Part shown: positions 59,969-64,000 of the stretch, one piece after another
How the letters are laid out: every line of letters starts with the position of its first letter
Position numbering within the stretch: the stretch's first letter is position 1
NCBI GenBank assembly: GCA_001179505.1
Contig: CDMY01000364.1
Location: 1-64,000 of the forward strand
DNA from: Vitrella brassicaformis CCMP3155
Lineage: Eukaryota > Protista > Chromerida
Direction of reading: 5' to 3'
Length of the DNA stretch: 64,000 bases
Program-made: the position numbers and the translations under genes
Notes under the pieces: model-generated
Database searches by the model: none
What the model saw: the letters and a program-made list of their open reading frames with translations, nothing else
Told to the model about the DNA's origin: nothing

Positions 59969-61639
59969 ATGGCAGCCATGCTCCTGTGTTTGCTTGTCGC
60001 GACCACATCTGTCGGTGTGCTTGGCTTCGTTCCGCCGTCTGTCACGCCAACCAGAGCAAAGCAAGGTGAGAGCACCGATAGATCCGCACGCAGACAGTCA
60101 CTGCCACATAGCGCTTTCTTGTCTGCTGCTGCTTGTCAGGCATGTGGCCTTTGAGTGTCCCTCGGGCCTCTCGGCAGCCCGCCACATCTGCATCTCCATC
60201 GAGTGTCGTCGAAGACGCACTCGGCGTGGTGAATGGCGAAAGCAACATACGATACACGTGAGGCTCTCAACAGAGAGAGAGAGGGCAGCACACGTAGAAA
60301 TCACCTTTCTTTTTGTGCGGTCAGTGACTACGTCGAGACTGCATCTTTCCCCCCTGAGAGCTCTGTGCTGTCCACTGCTGAGGTTTCTGAAGAGGTCGGC
60401 AGACCCCAAAAACACACACTGCTCCCTCTCAGAGATCCGAGTCATGTCATGTGATGTTGCTTGTGATCGATGCAGTCAGCAGCACCCGCGGCACCGAAGA
60501 GGCGGCGGCCATTGTCCAAGGATCCGCAGCTGATTGTGGAGGGGGACTCGACACAAGTGACGCCATACCAGCAGCTCGTCACCTACGGTACTCTGGCTCT
60601 CGCACTGGCCGCTATCGCACAAGTGAGAAAGAAAGAAGGACACACGCAGACGGCAGCTGTATTGTGTGTGGGCGATGGTGTGTTCAGGCATTGGTGTCTG
60701 ATGCTTCCAATCCTGCGCTGATGTCGCTGATGGTGCCTTTCGCATTGCTGTTCGGTGACCTCTTCAGCGGAGTCTTCCACTGGTATGAGCGCGTCCACCT
60801 TTTATTCTTTTGCGGTGTTGGACATATTCCATTGATGTCGGTGTGTGTCTGTCTGTGTGCATCAGGGCTGTTGACAACTACGGCAACAAGAACACTCCCG
60901 TGTTCGGCAGTGTGATAGAGGGCTTTCAGGGACACCACAAGTACCCATGGACCATCACATACCGGTGAGCATGGACACAGAGGGGCGAGAGAAAGATACC
61001 ATCTGCTTTGCGGGATGTGTGTGTGATGCAGTCCGTTTGCGAACAACGTGTACAAGATCTGTTATGGTGTACTGCTCATCATGGCCACCACATTCATCCT
61101 GCAGGCACCACCTGGTACCCTCACACACGCACACACGTGCCGTTTCATGGATGATCTTTTTGCTGCGTGCGTGTGTGTGTCCATATCGTCAGCTGTCCGT
61201 GTGTTCATGACGGTGTTTGGGTTGTCCCAAGTGATGGCTCAGGAGTTCCATAAGTACAGCCACATGACCAAACCACCCATCATCGTCCAAAGGTGCGAAC
61301 GTCCTCACCGGAATACACTCGTGGGCTCACACATCCATGTGTGTGTGTTGTCGATGATTGCAGGTTGCAGGGCATGGGGCTGATGCTGCCAAGGAAAGAG
61401 CACGGGCTCCACCACTCAGAGCCTTTCGAAGGTCAGCCATGAACATGACTACACACAAGCATGTCAGTACATGTATGTGGTGTCGTGTGGTGTGATGTGT
61501 GCAGGTCACTATTCAATTTTGTTTGGGTGGTTCAACCCGCTGCTCGACCACTCACAGGTCTTCAGGCTGATGGAGAGGGCCATCTACAAGTGGAACGGTC
61601 AGTTACCACACAGGCGCGTTCCCATCCATCGCACACACG

Positions 61640-61686
<47 letters not shown>

Positions 61687-61786
61687 TGTATCTTATCTAC
61701 CAGGTCACATGCCGAATAGCTGGAAACTCGACGAGAGGCTGAGACAGGAGCAGGTTGACATGATCGAGGGCTCACAGAGGACATGA
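59969..61786 (+). CDS. FAD4: Plastid FAD4/TMEM189 (Kua) type fatty-acid/lipid desaturase
   Basis: Signal+Phe leader (VGVLG-FVPP); His motifs DLFSGVFHWAVDNYG, FQGHHKYPW, QEFHKYSH and EHGLHHSEPFEGHYSILFGWFNPLLD. Confidence 0.85.
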
Positions 61787-63009
61787 CGTGCCGTCCCGTG
61801 TGATGTGTGTGTGTGTTGGTGGTCGGGGGGCGGGGCTGAGTGTACAGCGATTTTCCACCATCCCGTCTGTCAGTTGACGTGTACATAGAGACGTGGGATC
61901 AGGGAGGTTGGCATGAGTGTTCAGTGTTGAGTGTTGATACTTGGCTGGATGCATTGCCCTTGCAATCAGTCAGTCTGTGTGGGGAGCGATTGTAGTGGAC
62001 CTCGACGCTCAAACGCAGTGGAGTGACGGCCCTTCTGCCTGTGATCAGCGGCAGGCAGAGAGAACGTCGCTTGAGCGCGTTTGAGCGCCGAGAGGACACC
62101 AGAAACACTACCCCTTGTCCGGATAACTCTCACTATCGTTTTGTCATCGAGAGAGACAGTTTTGTCACCCGCTCTCACCATTTTGACTTCCGCATGCGCA
62201 CAATCGTGTGAGTGTCGATAGAAAGAGCCGACCGACCAAGTGCGTGTATGGGTTCTCTTGGCACTACGATCAGCTTGGTGGACGTCTTCTCTGCCTGTGA
62301 TTGACAGCAGGCATGAAATCCGTCTGTCGAGGGGATCTGAGCACCGAGAGAGCACCAGACACGCACATGCACACACCAGTGTATGTCTGAAGAGAGAGTT
62401 TTGTCTTGACACCGTTCTGCCTCGCTGTCGAATACAATGGCCTTGCCTCTCCGCTCGCCTGTCTTTCATGCATTCACACCGGTCTTGCCTTCATTACTTG
62501 ACAGGTTTCTCGGTGTCTGCGATATCGATGTGTGTTTTTCGGTGTGCTGCTGTGACTGCAGTGAGTGGACAGCCAGCCTGTTGGTTGACGGTGCTGATCA
62601 CGTGAATCATGCTCAGTAAGAGTGGGTCAGAAGGGAAGGACGCGTTCATTGGCAGAGCACACATAGTTTTCGCGCACCGCACGTCCACACCATGAGACAG
62701 CACAACACACCGCTCACATGCTGAATCGACTACTACAGGGACACATACACACACACGCGAACGAGGACAAGACAGCCACAGAGCCATAGATGCCACAGAC
62801 GGACCACGCACACACAGGAGGCATAGTATGCGCCTACGTGTATGTGTCCTCACACCAAGACATAAAAAACACTTAGACTCTCTGGCACACAGGCCGCCAT
62901 GGACAGCACACTCACTCCTTCACTCAGCACCGGGGCAGACACTCACCCAGGCACACATGAGTGTGACGAACACAGCCGCCCCCACATGTGTGTCTGTGTG
63001 CACTCTCTC

Positions 63010-64000
63010 CTACTCTATGCTGATCAGCCGCAGCTGAACGTAGCGGCCATATCCGGCTGGTAAAATAATTTGCCTGACCTCCCCCTCACTCATCGACAGC
63101 ACCGCCTCACGCAGCCACCCATACAGACCAGACACACGACCCACCCGCCCACGGTCATCGTAGTATTTGTCCTGGCCGTCGAATGCATCACACCACGTTA
63201 TCCAGTCGTACTTGACGCGGTCGTTGTTGTAATTTGTCGGCACTCTGCCGGTGCCGTCCGTGACGATGCGATACCGATTACCTAACGGGGTCACAGTGAA
63301 GCCATCACCGCTGCAAAAAGGACAAACAAGACAGATGGATGGCGAGGTCATCTTTCCTGCGCTGCTCTCCATCTGCAGACCTGATGACGCCGTACATGGC
63401 CGCGTTGACATCAAAGGCCCTCTGCGCCTGCTCGTCGGTCAGCTGCAGCGGCACACTCGCTTCTTTAGGTGAGGCGCCGTGTCGTTGACGGCGGTGGTGG
63501 TCGATCATTCGGCTCATGTGGTCGGGCGGCACGTCGTTAACGGAGCCGCCCCACCTGAAATGGTTGGCACACAGGACACGATGAGCACCCGTGTCTGATT
63601 TTCTTGTTGTTGGTTTTGTAATGTGATCTCATCACTCACACGGATGCACTGTTGCGCCGCTTGAGTGCCATATCCTCCGGCATCGCGTCGATGGTCGACT
63701 GACACGTCGAGAGGACTTCTCCACACACATCGACAGAGCGAACGGGGTCATCGCCGTCGATGGGCGCGAGGAATGAACTCACAGCCTGGCAATACAAACG
63801 ACGAGCGAATGAATCCTCGGACGGTTTCCCTTTGTGAGTGCGTGTCGCTCACCTCTATTTCGGTCATGAGCTGCTCGTATCGCATTTTCTCTGTGTGCAG
63901 CTCCCCTTCGAGTTGTCGGTTCTGGTCAGCATGGGCCTCGAGGACGTTGTTCAGTGCCACGATGAGACCCCTGGCTGCGTCGGGGATGCCCTCTGCAGTC
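63010..64000 (-). CDS. 3' part of a tandem BTB + FKBP-like gene (RVPT subfamily); 5' end outside window
   Basis: Coiled coil QLEGELHTEK, DDPVRSVDVCGEVLSTCQSTI, MIDHHRRQRHG, AMYGVI; phase-2 intron to GDGFTVTPLGNRYRIVTDGTGRVPT...YVQLRLISIE*. Confidence 0.8.

Noticed and set aside
59977-59980. Apparent overlapping divergent start codons in a CATG palindrome
   Set aside because: A better signal+Phe leader for the minus-strand gene starts at 59832, so the genes need not overlap.
61800-62950. Short ORFs in the intergenic stretches 61800-62950 and 51900-52900
   Set aside because: No consistent exon structure or recognisable motifs.
1-64000. An autonomous transposon or retroelement driving the shuffling
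   Set aside because: No reverse transcriptase, integrase, transposase or helitron-like ORF, and no clear terminal repeats or target-site duplications were seen.
1-64000. rRNA, tRNA or structured ncRNA genes
   Set aside because: No recognisable conserved RNA motifs were found by eye.

Overview
Intron-rich, GC-rich eukaryotic DNA with short GT-AG introns full of (TG)n/(AG)n/(GACA)n microsatellites. Several genes carry bipartite signal+Phe plastid leaders. Gene style suggests a chromerid alga, most likely Vitrella brassicaformis (inference, no database search). There are three 300-nt N gaps (8502-8801, 10289-10588, 20196-20495). The window is dominated by a domain-shuffling cluster. I count 21 copies of a divergent, flap-less FKBP-fold module (20 plus one remnant). 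They are attached, nearly always through phase-2 introns, to different N-terminal cassettes: tandem BTB/KCTD cassettes (11 full or partial copies), RING+UIM-like cassettes (3 copies, 2 with FKBP), plastid-targeting leaders (arrays of 4 and 5 modules), and possibly a SET domain and HMG boxes. Close paralogs carry different FKBP subfamilies or different tails, and one fusion can be traced to a visible deletion. Interspersed ordinary genes: ankyrin-repeat protein, plastid UbiE-type methyltransferase, ARM-TM-RING protein, mitochondrial processing peptidase beta, a secreted Cys-rich orphan, a pseudogene, a SURNod19-family gene abutting a captured BiP HDEL exon, a thylakoid-lumen PsbQ-like protein and a FAD4/TMEM189 desaturase. 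Palindromic telomere-like motifs (AGGGTTT-N-AAACCCT) lie upstream of several shuffled cassettes. All exon boundaries were called by eye and are approximate.
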